From a virus (lineage: Duplodnaviria; Caudoviricetes), in IMG/VR virus record IMGVR_UViG_3300046615_000208, positions 96,001-160,000 of that record: a stretch of DNA of 64,000 bases; one strand, given 5' to 3'. The notes beneath the pieces were generated by a model. It saw nothing but the letters and a program-made list of their open reading frames with translations. It did not search any database and was not told the DNA's origin. The position numbers and the translations under genes were made by a program. Below are positions 29,030 to 39,800 of this stretch, piece after piece. Numbering within the stretch: the first letter of the stretch is position 1; each line of letters begins with the position of its first letter.

Positions 29030-29464
29030 ATGGATGCAGCACTACTTATTTTCCTAGGCCTTTTGGCCCCGTTCCTCACAGCGGCACTTAACCGTGTAGG
29101 CTGGACAGCTAAGACCAAGCACCTCGTTGCGTTTGGTGTGTCCATTGTTCTTGCAGTGTTCTGGTTGGTAGTTACAGGCGGCTTTGCCGTCTTCGACGTA
29201 CCAGCTATTATTGCTGCAATGCCTGCAATTTACACCATCTCGCAGGCCGTATACGCATTCTTTGTCAAGAATATCGCTTCAAAACTGGAAGCAGCCACCG
29301 ACAAGAATGCTGTTGTCATTTCACCGGCTGAGGAACCTGACAAAGTGATCGTGACATCCAACGACACCATTGAGGTCTCCAACGAAACTGGCGCACCCGC
29401 CAACGTTGAGACTTCTGCCCCTGTCAGGGTAGACACCGTTGAAGAGAACGAACCACGAGGCTAA
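29030..29464 (+). CDS. holin-like membrane protein
   Basis: Three TM segments and acidic tail; AAGGAG RBS. Confidence 0.5.
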   Translation: MDAALLIFLGLLAPFLTAALNRVGWTAKTKHLVAFGVSIVLAVFWLVVTGGFAVFDVPAIIAAMPAIYTISQAVYAFFVKNIASKLEAATDKNAVVISPAEEPDKVIVTSNDTIEVSNETGAPANVETSAPVRVDTVEENEPRG

Positions 29465-29543
29465 CACTAAGTGAACACAGGGGGCATCCTACGGGGTGCC
29501 CTTTGTGTTTGACTGGACCTGTAAAATCGGGTATACTTATAGC

Positions 29544-30051
29544 ATGATGCACATTCGAACTGAAGAGGGGGTATACAGGATTGACCGATACCCTCACGAC
29601 ACAACAAAAATCATCGTTGTCTCGCGTAGCCGTGAGGCTCTGCTCTCTATGGTCGATAGCATCGAACTAGCGGGTACGGCTGAAGACGAAGACTTTGACG
29701 ACCTCTACATCTATTCACTCATGGATGATCAACTGCGTTTGTGGTACGAACTGGTCCTCGACCGTAGCACCTTGAAACTGTGGTTCAACTTTGAACTCGA
29801 ACACTATCAACATCTTGACGGGATTTTCAATGTTTAAAAAAGCTCTTGACTACCTTAGCGGCCTGTCATGGTTCCTGATTCTGGCCTTTGCACTCATGGC
29901 AGTATCCGTAGGCTACATGCTCTTCGGTTTACTTGGTTTTGCATTCTACTGGTTGCTGCTGGCCCTGTTCATGCTCGGTGCCTCGTTCCGCGAGCCGCCT
30001 AGAGTCATTACCAAAACCGCACAGGGCGTGAAGGTTACCACTAAGAAGTGA
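29544..30051 (+). CDS. two small genes (29544-29837; membrane protein 29830-30051)
   Basis: ORF track. Confidence 0.6.
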
Positions 30052-30413
30052 GAATACTGATTACTGGCTCCCGGACTTGGACAGATGTGTCCTGTATCAT
30101 CGAAGCAATCACCGATGTAGTCCGGGAGTCCGGTGTCTCCAAGGAAGACACCGTGATCGTACACGGAGCCTGCCCTCGCGGGGCAGACGCAATCGCGGAT
30201 GCACTGGCCGTCCAGTGGGGAGTTGCAGTAGAAAGACACGCCGCTAACTGGCGAGAACACGGGCGCAGAGCAGGTTTTGTCCGCAACGCCGAGATGGCCG
30301 AGCTTGGCGCTGACGTTTGCCTCGCTTTCAACCACAACAACTCAAACGGCACAAAGATGATGGCAGACCTGACTCAGAAAGCAGGCATCCCTACTAAAAT
30401 TTACAGGAGATAG
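30048..30413 (+). CDS. SLOG superfamily (YspA/DUF2493-like) protein
   Basis: ILITGSR.W, IVHGAC..GAD, AG..RN.EM and GT..M motifs. Confidence 0.85.
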   Translation: MRILITGSRTWTDVSCIIEAITDVVRESGVSKEDTVIVHGACPRGADAIADALAVQWGVAVERHAANWREHGRRAGFVRNAEMAELGADVCLAFNHNNSNGTKMMADLTQKAGIPTKIYRR

Positions 30414-30414
30414 A

Positions 30415-30870
30415 ATGGACCCACTAATAGCTCTCACGATACTGGGAAGTGTCGTGGTGGCAATAATGCAGCACTATGCTTCGTGGAGTCGCGCGAAGAC
30501 GGAGCAGATCGAACAGGCACAGGTACAAGAAGAACCCATCGAGGATATCCTAGACCGGTATCGCAGGTCTCGCAGGCAGCGTAGGGTTGACCAGAAAACC
30601 GCATGGGACGAATGGTACTTTCTTTCCCTGCCTATAGAGGAACACCCTGAGTATTTCGAGTTGAACCTAGCAACAGACAATGTCGATTCCTTCACCCAGA
30701 AGAGTGCCGATGGTATGATCTGCGCACAGTTTGAATTCAGGTCGAACAGCCGAGGACAGGCATATAATCTGGAGATCGACCACGTAACCCAGATGGCAAA
30801 GGTAAGCACAGGAAAAATCTCTTGGGAAGTTCCGCTCCATCGAGTTGACAACTGGAGACAACTCACGTAG
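30415..30870 (+). CDS. membrane-anchored hypothetical protein
   Basis: N-terminal TM. Confidence 0.65.
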   Translation: MDPLIALTILGSVVVAIMQHYASWSRAKTEQIEQAQVQEEPIEDILDRYRRSRRQRRVDQKTAWDEWYFLSLPIEEHPEYFELNLATDNVDSFTQKSADGMICAQFEFRSNSRGQAYNLEIDHVTQMAKVSTGKISWEVPLHRVDNWRQLT

Positions 30871-30879
30871 ACTATAGTC

Positions 30880-31788
30880 ATGATCACATACAAGGCAAAG
30901 ACAAGTAACGGAGAGATCATCAAGTCCGCTCTCTCCCCTTTCACCTTCCCAGCAGGGGAAGCGCACACAAAGCGCGAAGAGCGCCGCGAACTGGAACCCA
31001 CCGAGATCGCAATCCTCCAGTTCTCTCCCGAATCGATCCACGATGACCTGTTCCAGCTTGCCATGTGGAGCAATACGGTCTTCAGTGAATCCGGTAAGAT
31101 CAAGCGTGTTGCAATCATCCCTTACTTCCCCGGTGCACGTGCCGACCGTGGTACTCCTTTCGGCGCTGAAGTCTACGTGGAGTTCGTCTACTCCCTGATG
31201 CTCGATCAGGTCATCACCTACGACCCACACTCTGAGGTCTACGTTAAGCTTCTCCAGAATGATCCGGCCCTGACGGTCACTCCCGTCTACCCGCACGAGA
31301 CTCTGGGGACCATGACTGCACAGATCACTATGCCCAACGTCTATGACGGTGTCATTGCACCCGACAAGGGTGCAAAGGTGCGTGCAGGCGCTGTGGCTCG
31401 TGAACTAAATCTGCCTCTGTACACTGCCACCAAGACTCGTGACTTCGAGACAGGCAAGCTCAACGGTTTCGGTATGGAGCAGACTCTTCCCAATGATGGT
31501 CTTTACCTTATCGTGGACGACATCTGCGACGGTGGTGGTACCTTCGTCGGACTGGCTAACCACCTTCAGGAGACCACAGAGAACATCCGACTTGACTTGT
31601 ACGTCTCTCACGGTGTATTCTCTAAGAGTGCCCTAGAGAACCTCGAAAAGGCATTCTCCAAAATCTTCACCACAGACTCCTATGACCCGCATCGGAGCCT
31701 GACCACCCGAGTTTCCGAATTCCAAGATGACTCTACGTGTTTCCACCGTATTGACATCATTCGGCCCCTACTTCAGAAAGTGAACTAA
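30880..31788 (+). CDS. ribose-phosphate pyrophosphokinase-like protein (candidate NARP1 Adps)
   Basis: FPAGE, PYFPGARADR, DPHS, APDKGA, VDDICDGGGTF and VSHG motifs. Confidence 0.88.
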   Translation: MITYKAKTSNGEIIKSALSPFTFPAGEAHTKREERRELEPTEIAILQFSPESIHDDLFQLAMWSNTVFSESGKIKRVAIIPYFPGARADRGTPFGAEVYVEFVYSLMLDQVITYDPHSEVYVKLLQNDPALTVTPVYPHETLGTMTAQITMPNVYDGVIAPDKGAKVRAGAVARELNLPLYTATKTRDFETGKLNGFGMEQTLPNDGLYLIVDDICDGGGTFVGLANHLQETTENIRLDLYVSHGVFSKSALENLEKAFSKIFTTDSYDPHRSLTTRVSEFQDDSTCFHRIDIIRPLLQKVN

Positions 31789-31791
31789 GAC

Positions 31792-33303
31792 ATGTTTCTC
31801 CTTAACCCGCTTCTCGCAACCGACTCCTACAAGCTCTCCCACATCTTCATGTACCCGGATGGTCTGGAACATGTAGAGTCCAACTACACCAACCGCAAGT
31901 CCCGCGTCGAGGGAATCAACCATGTCGTCCAGTTCGGGCTTCAGGCGTGGCTGAAGGACCTGACCGAGTCCTACGAGCGCTTTTTCGCTGCGGACAAGGA
32001 CAAGGTCATCAACGAATACAAGGACAATGTGGCCACCTTCGTCTCCCCCGGCTTCACGCTGGCACACGTCGAGGCCCTGCATGACCTTGGCTACCTCCCG
32101 ATCCAGTTCTCCGCAGCCCCGGAAGGCTCCCTTGTTCCGATTGGCGTTCCGTCAATCCTGATCAAGTCCACGCACAAGGACTTCGCATGGCTGGTAAACT
32201 ACCTCGAATCCGACCTCTCGGCAGGTGTGTGGCACCCGTCCACCGTTGCCACCCTTGCGTGGAGCCTTCGTCGCGTCTTCGAGAAGGCCGCACGAGACAC
32301 TGGCGGAGCCATGGAAGCTGTTGACTTCCAAGTCCACGACTTCTCCTACCGTGGGCAGGTCAACCGTGAAGCTGCCATGGCCTCCGGTGCCGCACACCTT
32401 CTCTCCTTCAAGGGTTCAGACGGTGTTCCGGTTGTGCCTTGGGTTAATTACTACTACCCCGGAGAAGACAACGGCGACATCGCGTACTCTGTTCCGGCAA
32501 CGGAACACTCTGTGATGTGCCTTGGTGGCGAAGAGGACGAACTCGAAACGTTCCGCCGCCTGCTGAAGCAGTTCCCGACCGGTATCCTCTCCATCGTGTC
32601 CGACACGTGGGACTTCTTCAAGGTTCTCACCGAGTACCTTCCGGCACTCAAGGACGAAATCCTTGCTCGTGACGGCAAGCTCGTCATTCGCCCGGACTCC
32701 GGCGATCCCGCAGATATCATTTGCGGTACGGTAGGTATGCGTTTCCCGCGTCTCTCAAAGGATGCGACAGACTCCGCAAAGGAAGCTAAGGGTGCCATGG
32801 AAATCCTTGCAGACCTGTTCGGTACCACGACCAACGAGGCCGGATTTGAAGAACTCGACTCCCACATCGGCCTGATTTACGGCGACGGCATGTACAAGGA
32901 GCGCATCGAGGACATCAACGCCCGCCTCAAGGCCAAGGGCTTCGTCTCCACCGTCTGGGTTTCCGGTATCGGCTCCTTTCAGTACCAGATGAACACCCGT
33001 GACACCTTCGGCTCGGCTGTCAAGGCTACCTTCGGCATCGTCAACGGAGAAGGCCGCAACGTCCAGAAGAACCCGAAGACTGACGATGGCACCAAGAAGT
33101 CCGCCAAGGGCCGACTGGCTGTCCTGCATCAGGCCAACGGCAACCTCTACCTCGTACAGGATGCCACGGATGAGCAGATTGCGAACTCCGTCCTCAAGCC
33201 CGTATGGGAAGACGGCAAGTTCCTGAAGGAGTACTCCTTCAACGAATCCCGCGAAAACCTGAAGCGCACCACCGGAATCCTCGAAAGGAATGGCAGCATT
33301 TAA
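31792..33303 (+). CDS. nadV: nicotinamide phosphoribosyltransferase-like protein (candidate NARP1 Namat)
   Basis: TDSYK.SH, HDFSYRG, ATEHSVM, SIVSDT, IRPDSGDP, YGDG and KKSAKG motifs. Confidence 0.92.
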   Translation: MFLLNPLLATDSYKLSHIFMYPDGLEHVESNYTNRKSRVEGINHVVQFGLQAWLKDLTESYERFFAADKDKVINEYKDNVATFVSPGFTLAHVEALHDLGYLPIQFSAAPEGSLVPIGVPSILIKSTHKDFAWLVNYLESDLSAGVWHPSTVATLAWSLRRVFEKAARDTGGAMEAVDFQVHDFSYRGQVNREAAMASGAAHLLSFKGSDGVPVVPWVNYYYPGEDNGDIAYSVPATEHSVMCLGGEEDELETFRRLLKQFPTGILSIVSDTWDFFKVLTEYLPALKDEILARDGKLVIRPDSGDPADIICGTVGMRFPRLSKDATDSAKEAKGAMEILADLFGTTTNEAGFEELDSHIGLIYGDGMYKERIEDINARLKAKGFVSTVWVSGIGSFQYQMNTRDTFGSAVKATFGIVNGEGRNVQKNPKTDDGTKKSAKGRLAVLHQANGNLYLVQDATDEQIANSVLKPVWEDGKFLKEYSFNESRENLKRTTGILERNGSI

Positions 33304-33682
33304 TGGAATGGCTCAAAACCCTACTCTACGGCAAGAAGCTGACACACAACAGAGTCTTCTACATGTCCAAAGCCCCTAACCCCAAGAAGGGGTGGCTGAA
33401 AAAATCAGCCCTCATGGTCGGTGACCTTTGGTTCGACACTTCCCATACGCCGCATGTGTGGGCAGACGGACGCTGGAAGAAACTGGGCACTGACTAATGG
33501 CAGAACTATGGCTTGACAGCTTCCCACCACCTAGGAAAGAATCATGGTGGCGAAAAGTTTTTGTCCTCAGACCCGGAGATGTATGGGAGCAACGGGTCAA
33601 TGAGTGGGGAGTGTGGGACGAAGACGCTCTAAGCCGTTGGGTATGGGACGGTAAAAAGTGGGACGAACTTGATACCGACTAG
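33303..33682 (+). CDS. two tandem Trp-rich small proteins (33303-33497, 33497-33682)
   Basis: GD.W...W.DG.W motifs; TAATG overlaps. Confidence 0.6.
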
Positions 33683-33716
33683 TTAACGCTGCCCTACAAG
33701 GTGGTATAATAGGAAA

Positions 33717-34229
33717 ATGAATAATCTATCCTCCCCACCTAGCACAGGACTGCCCTCGCTGTCTGCTGCCACCGTAGAGACCCTAAAAAGCCTACGAGCA
33801 ACAGACGCGAGGGCTTTCTTGCAGTATGTCCGATCTCTTCGAGCCAATAAATGGCCCCACAGAGCCATTGCAGAGGCCCTAGGAGTCTCCAGAACTGCCT
33901 CCCTGAACTGGGAGAAGGCTGCGTCAGTTTCAGACCCTCTCGTGGACACTGAGCGCTTCCCTGCGTCCCCTCCCAAGCGTGTACGCACCCCCAGACATAA
34001 GTACACCTTCACAGATAAGCAGATCAAGGAGCTTAGGCATCTCGCCCACGAGGCTTCCAAGGTTCGTAGGTTTACTGATGCGGATGCTGACTCCCGCAAA
34101 TCAGCCACTAAGCTTGAGAATCTACTACAACACTACGCTAAGGCAGGGGCATCGCTCGGTCAACTAGCGGCCCACTGCGAGGTTTCCCGCTCATCTATCG
34201 CTCAAAGACTGAGGAAGTATCAAGATTGA
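33717..34229 (+). CDS. helix-turn-helix DNA-binding protein
   Basis: Two HTH-like segments (AIAEALGVSRT; QLAAHCEVSRSSI); TGG-TATAAT promoter upstream. Confidence 0.75.
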   Translation: MNNLSSPPSTGLPSLSAATVETLKSLRATDARAFLQYVRSLRANKWPHRAIAEALGVSRTASLNWEKAASVSDPLVDTERFPASPPKRVRTPRHKYTFTDKQIKELRHLAHEASKVRRFTDADADSRKSATKLENLLQHYAKAGASLGQLAAHCEVSRSSIAQRLRKYQD

Positions 34230-34826
34230 ACGTAACACTAGACTTTGCCCCATCAACTAAGTACATCAAACTTGATTTATTCCCTGCTAGCGTGTATACT
34301 GGTAGTATTGGTGCGACAGACAATGAGAGAATCTTCTCTGAAGTTCGAGCTATCGTGACCAATGACTATATCTACTTCGTTGCGATGGGTCCTGAAGGCC
34401 CGTATTTTGCAGTCAAAGAAGAATTAGTCCAATATGACCTTAATTCCACCGGCATCTCGCTGGCGACCGGAATTAACGGGACATACATTATCGAAAGAGA
34501 CGGCAACTGCGGATGCGGAACCCGTCTACGGGGTATGCGTCTGCTTCCCGGTGTGCCAATTACGGCAAGAATCGTAACACTAGAGTAAAGGCAAAGACAT
34601 GTCATCAAGAATCCCTGATTACAGCAGCTTGGTACAAGGTTCTGTACATCTACCCGGCCACGACACCCAGTTTGGATGTGTCTGGTGCGTCAGGGACGAC
34701 AGTATAGACGGACCCGCGAAAGGCGGAGTCATCTATATGTACGCAGGAACAACAACTTGTGCCACCCATTTGAAATCTATATTAGAACAGCAGGCAATAA
34801 ATGTCACTAATCAACCTACTAGTTGA
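34226..34826 (+). CDS. two hypothetical genes (34226-34588 with CGCG motif; 34599-34826)
   Basis: ORF track. Confidence 0.6.
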
Positions 34827-35085
34827 TATCGCAGCAGTCTATCGGCTGACTAAACTTGTAATTGAGGATGAAATCCTAGCGGACATCCGTGAAAAGGTGT
34901 GGGAGAAGTTCCCGCCAGAGAGTACCAAGATTGGGTATCTCACAACTTGTCCATGGTGTGTATCAATTTGGATGGCTGGACTGGTATTCGCATTACGCAA
35001 GCTAAACCCAGAACTTGCCACCTACATATCGTCTACACTGGCTGCATCAGCCGCTACCGGAATAGCCTACACCCGAGGCCTCTAG
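34801..35085 (+). CDS. DUF1360-like membrane protein
   Basis: YRLT.LV..D.I...R and L.TCPWC.SIW. Confidence 0.7.
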   Translation: MSLINLLVDIAAVYRLTKLVIEDEILADIREKVWEKFPPESTKIGYLTTCPWCVSIWMAGLVFALRKLNPELATYISSTLAASAATGIAYTRGL

Positions 35086-35134
35086 CTAGCATGGTAGAAT
35101 TAGACTCATACCATTTTATATTTCCGGAGATGTC

Positions 35135-36793
35135 ATGCCCAATATTTTCCAAAGAGCTACTGTCGAGGAACCAAATGACAGAAGACAAGCTCTCCCCGCG
35201 AATACTCCGAGACCAATCACAGCATCGGCTGTTCGAATCAATCTCAAAGAAAAGAAAGAAGTCGAAGCTGTTGCCCTTAGGCGACTAGTTGACAAGTGGC
35301 AGGAAGAGGCGTGGGACTACTACGACTACATTCCTGAGGTAGCATCCTCAGCAAATCTTGTTGCCAATGTTCTTTCCAGAATTAACCTTTACGTTGGTTT
35401 TGTTTCCGACACATCACAGGCACCCTCCGACATTTCTAAGGTCGAAGGACTGGACCCCGATCTCGTTGACACAGCCAAAGAGGTACTCTACCTTCTTGAA
35501 TCTGGAAATGGCGGAACATCTGGTGTCCTCCGAGATGCGGCACTGAACTTCTTCATTGCGGGCGAGTGCTACTTGGTGCGCGAGCCTGCCCGTTTCTCCA
35601 ACGGGATGCAGGAGAAGTACCAGATTCGGTCCATCAATGAGATCGTTACAATCGAAGCCAACCGTAAGCTCACAGTGGCTATTAAGCCGCGTAGAGACTC
35701 AAAGCCTGAAGACTTCATCAAGATTCCTGCAAACGGCGGATACTGTGCACGTATGTGGAAGTCTCACCCGCGTTACGGAGATGAAGCGGATTCATCGCTC
35801 CGTCCGTTGCTCGAAACCTGTGATTCGTTGCTTCTACTTGAGCGTACCATAAACGCGCAGGCAAAGGCAATGCTTCCAGCCGGTATTTTGTTTATTCCGG
35901 ATGGTCTGTCTAACGGTTACCAGTCTGACGGAGACCTAGAGCCAGAGTTCGATGAGAACGGTGACGAGATCGCGCCACTCTCCGACGATGAATCTGAGTC
36001 CTTTGAAGAGGCCCTACAGCGTGCGCTCATGTCTCCTTTGACAGATGAAGCCAACGGTGGTAGTGTTGTACCGTTGATTCTTCGCGGCGCTCCTGAGCTT
36101 GGCGAAAAGATCAAGCACATTAACTTGTCCCGTCCGTTCGACCCGTCCCACAACAACATGGCTCAGGCTAAGCTTGACCGTATCCTCGGTGGTCTGGATA
36201 TTCCGAAGGATGTTGCCGCTGGTTTCGCCAGTGTCAAGTACTCCAACGCTATCCTCATCGAAGAGCAGTTGTTCAAGGCACACATCGAACCGCTCATCCT
36301 GTCTATCTCGGATATGCTTACAACGGCATTTCTACGACAGGCACTGCGTGAGCAGGGACGCTTTGACGAGAAGGACATCAACAAGGTTGTCGTATGGTAT
36401 GATCCGTCTGCCATCACAGCTAAGCCTTCTCGCGCAGAGGCAGCTACCACCGGTTACGAGATCGGTGCAGTGTCTCTGGACGCATGGCGACGTGCAAATG
36501 GGTTCTCTGCTACAGATGCACCTACCGAACTTGAGCGTCTACAGCGATTTGGTATGGAGAAGGGTATGCTCAATGAGGCTACAACCGAAATGGTCATCAA
36601 CTCTCTCATTCCAGAAGAAATGCAGCAGAAGCTCCGCCAGAGTCAGCTTGCAAACTCTGACCCAGCCGCTGTAGAATCCCTCGGAAATGCGCTTGGAGAT
36701 GAAGAAATGCAACCGGTGGAGCCTTCACCAACACCAGCAGCGGATTCCCCTACTCCGGTAGAGGCTCCGCCTAACACACTATTGGAGCCATAG
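35135..36793 (+). CDS. portal protein
   Basis: 552 aa, first large structural gene; WQ.EAW.YYD, GECYL, ADS and GILFIP motifs resemble actinophage portals. Confidence 0.8.
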   Translation: MPNIFQRATVEEPNDRRQALPANTPRPITASAVRINLKEKKEVEAVALRRLVDKWQEEAWDYYDYIPEVASSANLVANVLSRINLYVGFVSDTSQAPSDISKVEGLDPDLVDTAKEVLYLLESGNGGTSGVLRDAALNFFIAGECYLVREPARFSNGMQEKYQIRSINEIVTIEANRKLTVAIKPRRDSKPEDFIKIPANGGYCARMWKSHPRYGDEADSSLRPLLETCDSLLLLERTINAQAKAMLPAGILFIPDGLSNGYQSDGDLEPEFDENGDEIAPLSDDESESFEEALQRALMSPLTDEANGGSVVPLILRGAPELGEKIKHINLSRPFDPSHNNMAQAKLDRILGGLDIPKDVAAGFASVKYSNAILIEEQLFKAHIEPLILSISDMLTTAFLRQALREQGRFDEKDINKVVVWYDPSAITAKPSRAEAATTGYEIGAVSLDAWRRANGFSATDAPTELERLQRFGMEKGMLNEATTEMVINSLIPEEMQQKLRQSQLANSDPAAVESLGNALGDEEMQPVEPSPTPAADSPTPVEAPPNTLLEP

Positions 36794-36831
36794 GATTGAT
36801 GAACATTAGAACAGAAACAAAGGAGTCCTAG

Positions 36832-39800
36832 ATGGCTTGGGGTAAGAATCAAAACTGGAAGTGGCAGCTTCGCGATAGCAAGGGCCGCTGGATTGAAATG
36901 GGCCGTGGGGTAAAGTGGTACTCCCCGTCATTGGGCCGCGAGGTCTCCGGAACAGTCGTAGGGCAGAAGGGTAAGAACGCAATTGTCAATCTTACCTCTG
37001 AGCCTGCCAATGCTAAAACCGGTAAGCCACAGCAGGTATCCGTTAAGGGTAGTGACATTGAGGTCATTCAGAACAAGGCTACCCTGAACCCAACAGCCGA
37101 CAAGGCCATTAGTGCCACCGATGCGATGCTGAAGCAGGGCCAGCGCACGGCTGGTCCTAAGGCCTCAGTACCTACTGAGGTAGAGAACGCGCCTGCGCCT
37201 GTTGCTAACAAGAAGTACAACGAAGCAGGCCTGACTCCTGATGAGCAGAAGGCTGTTGACTTCCAAGAGAAGAAGGCAAAGCAGGCGGCAGACAAGGGCG
37301 ACCTTGACGCTGCTGACCGCTATGAAACTGCCGCTGCCAAGACCCGTAAGATCGGTGAAGACCGCATCAAGAACGGTGAAGGCGACACTCCTGCCGAGGA
37401 TACACCCGCCGCTGGAGAAACACAAGGGCCAGCTACGTCTACCAAGGCACCTACACGTAACGCCGACATTGAGCGCGACCTCGGTCTTCTGGAGCAGGAA
37501 GCAGAAGACATCAACAACCTCGCGGACGAAGATGAGAAGGCTTCTGCCCTCGAAGCTGCACAGTACGACCTAGTCAACGACGCTGGCGACGATGTCACCA
37601 TGCGCCTAGCTGAGGGTGACGACGAAGGCAGCTATGATGTAGCTGTGGAGGACGCAGACGGCAAGGAACTAGGTCGCGTACCTATGTCAGAGAGCGCTGG
37701 CGAGCGTATCGACACGGCTAAGGCTGTGCGAGAGCTTGCCAACGGTCGTACCCCTGCCAAGGCCACCATCAGCGACGAACCCGTAGACGAGTCTCCAGAG
37801 GCTTCGGAAGCTCCCAAGGCCAACGTACCGCTGGCCGAACTTGAGAAGCAGGCCAAGGCTGATGGGGACACTGTCCTCTACCACGGTGGTCTACCTGAGG
37901 GCACGACCCTCGATGGCATCGACCTCAACCGCAATGGAACCCAGCAGAACAAGCGTGGGCAGTCCTTCGGAGGTTTCTATCTCACTGACGAGTCCTCCAA
38001 GAGTTGGTCTGACAAATACGCCATGGAGCGTAACGGTGTCATGCACGGCTTCGCTATCGACAAGAACGCCCGAATCGATGACCGTGGAAAAGAGCAGATC
38101 GACCGCATCTCCGCAGAGGACCGTGCCAAAGCTGCCGAGACCTCCGATATCATCAAGGGTAGGGACCTTCTCGGGCGTACCCAGTATGTCATCCTCAACA
38201 AGGATGTCATCAAGGGTGTTGGTGAAACCAACCTCAAGACGGACAAGGCCCCTGAGGCAACTCCTGAGGTCCCTGAGGTGGCACCAGAGGCCCCTGATGC
38301 GGCTCCTGCCGACTCCGGACTGCCCGAGTTTGATCCTGTCACCATTGCTCTGCCTAGGGACGCGTTCAAGACAGCCGACAAGATTGCAGTCGGTGACCGT
38401 CTTTTGACCACTGCCCATGCTAATAACGGCAAGGAAATGCCTGTCAGCAGGACCGATACCAATATTGCCAACGGCGAGACGGTTGACCTGACCGGTAAAT
38501 CTGCTACAGTTACTGGTGTGCAGAAGATCATGGGACAGAACAAGACCTCGCAGGGTAAGGTTGTCGGCAGCAGGGTTGCCCTACAGTACTCCGATGGCCG
38601 AACCGAATCTATGGACCTCTACGCGAACCGTGGCGGTAGTAACTCTAAGGGTGGTGTCTTCATTGACTCCCCTGAGTTCCGTGCTGCCCACATCGATAAG
38701 GCACCTGAAGAAGCGCCAAAGGATGAAGCACCGGTCGATGGTGGCAATGCTGGAAGCCCTGTTGCCAAGCCTGAACCTGTTGTGGCAGAGAGTGTTGAAG
38801 ATAAGCTCAAGGCTGCTGGAGTTGCCCGCACCGAACCTGTCGCCCTTCCGGGTGAGAAGTTCGCTCCGACGCGCCAGCAGCAGGACATCATCGACTCGGT
38901 CATGGCTGGGAAGAACACCGCAGTACAGGCTCTCGCCGGTTCCGGTAAGACCTCCACACTGGAAGCACTTGCCAAGCGTATTCAGGCACAGTACCCGGAC
39001 AAGAAGATTGCGTACATCGCATTCAACCGTTCGGTTAAGCTTGAAGCTGAAGGCCGCATGCCGTCCAACGTTGAGTCCAAGACTCAGCACGGTCTGGCAT
39101 ATGGTTGGGCACCGAAGTGGATGAAGGACCGCTCCAATGATACCGGCTCGCTTCGTCGTGGTGATGATGTTGCAGGGTTCTTGGGCATCCGCGAGACCAT
39201 CCGTCCAAAGGATGGAGAGCCTATGTCTGTCAAGGAACAGGCACTCGCCGCCATGCGTACGGTTGACACCTTCGCAAACAGCGCTGAGGATGTTCCGGAT
39301 GCCTCCCACATGCCTGAGAAGATCAAGGCTATGGGTCCTGAGGTTGAAGCTGCCGTTCTCGCGTCTGCTGCTAAGATTTGGGAGGACCTCCAGAAGCCTG
39401 ATGGTAAGATGCGCTTCTCCCTTGACCACATGCGTAAGCAGTGGGCGCTGACCAAGCCCGACCTGTCCAAGGCCGGTACGGGTCTGTCCCGTCCTGCTGA
39501 TATCATCTTCATGGATGAGGCTCAGGATACACCTAAGGTCATGGCTGCGCTCATGGACCACCAGACAGCCCAGAAGGTTGTCGTTGGTGACTCCAACCAG
39601 AACATCTACTCGTCCTTTACTGGGTCCATCGACTACATGTCGCAGGTCCAGAAGGACATCGAACTGCCGCTGACCAAATCATGGCGTTTCGGACCGGCTG
39701 TTGCTGACATCGGTAACCGTTTCCTCCAGCTTGCAGAGTCGCCTCACCGTGTAGAAGGCGGCGGCGAGTCCTCTATTGTGGAAGGTATGCAAGAGCCTGA

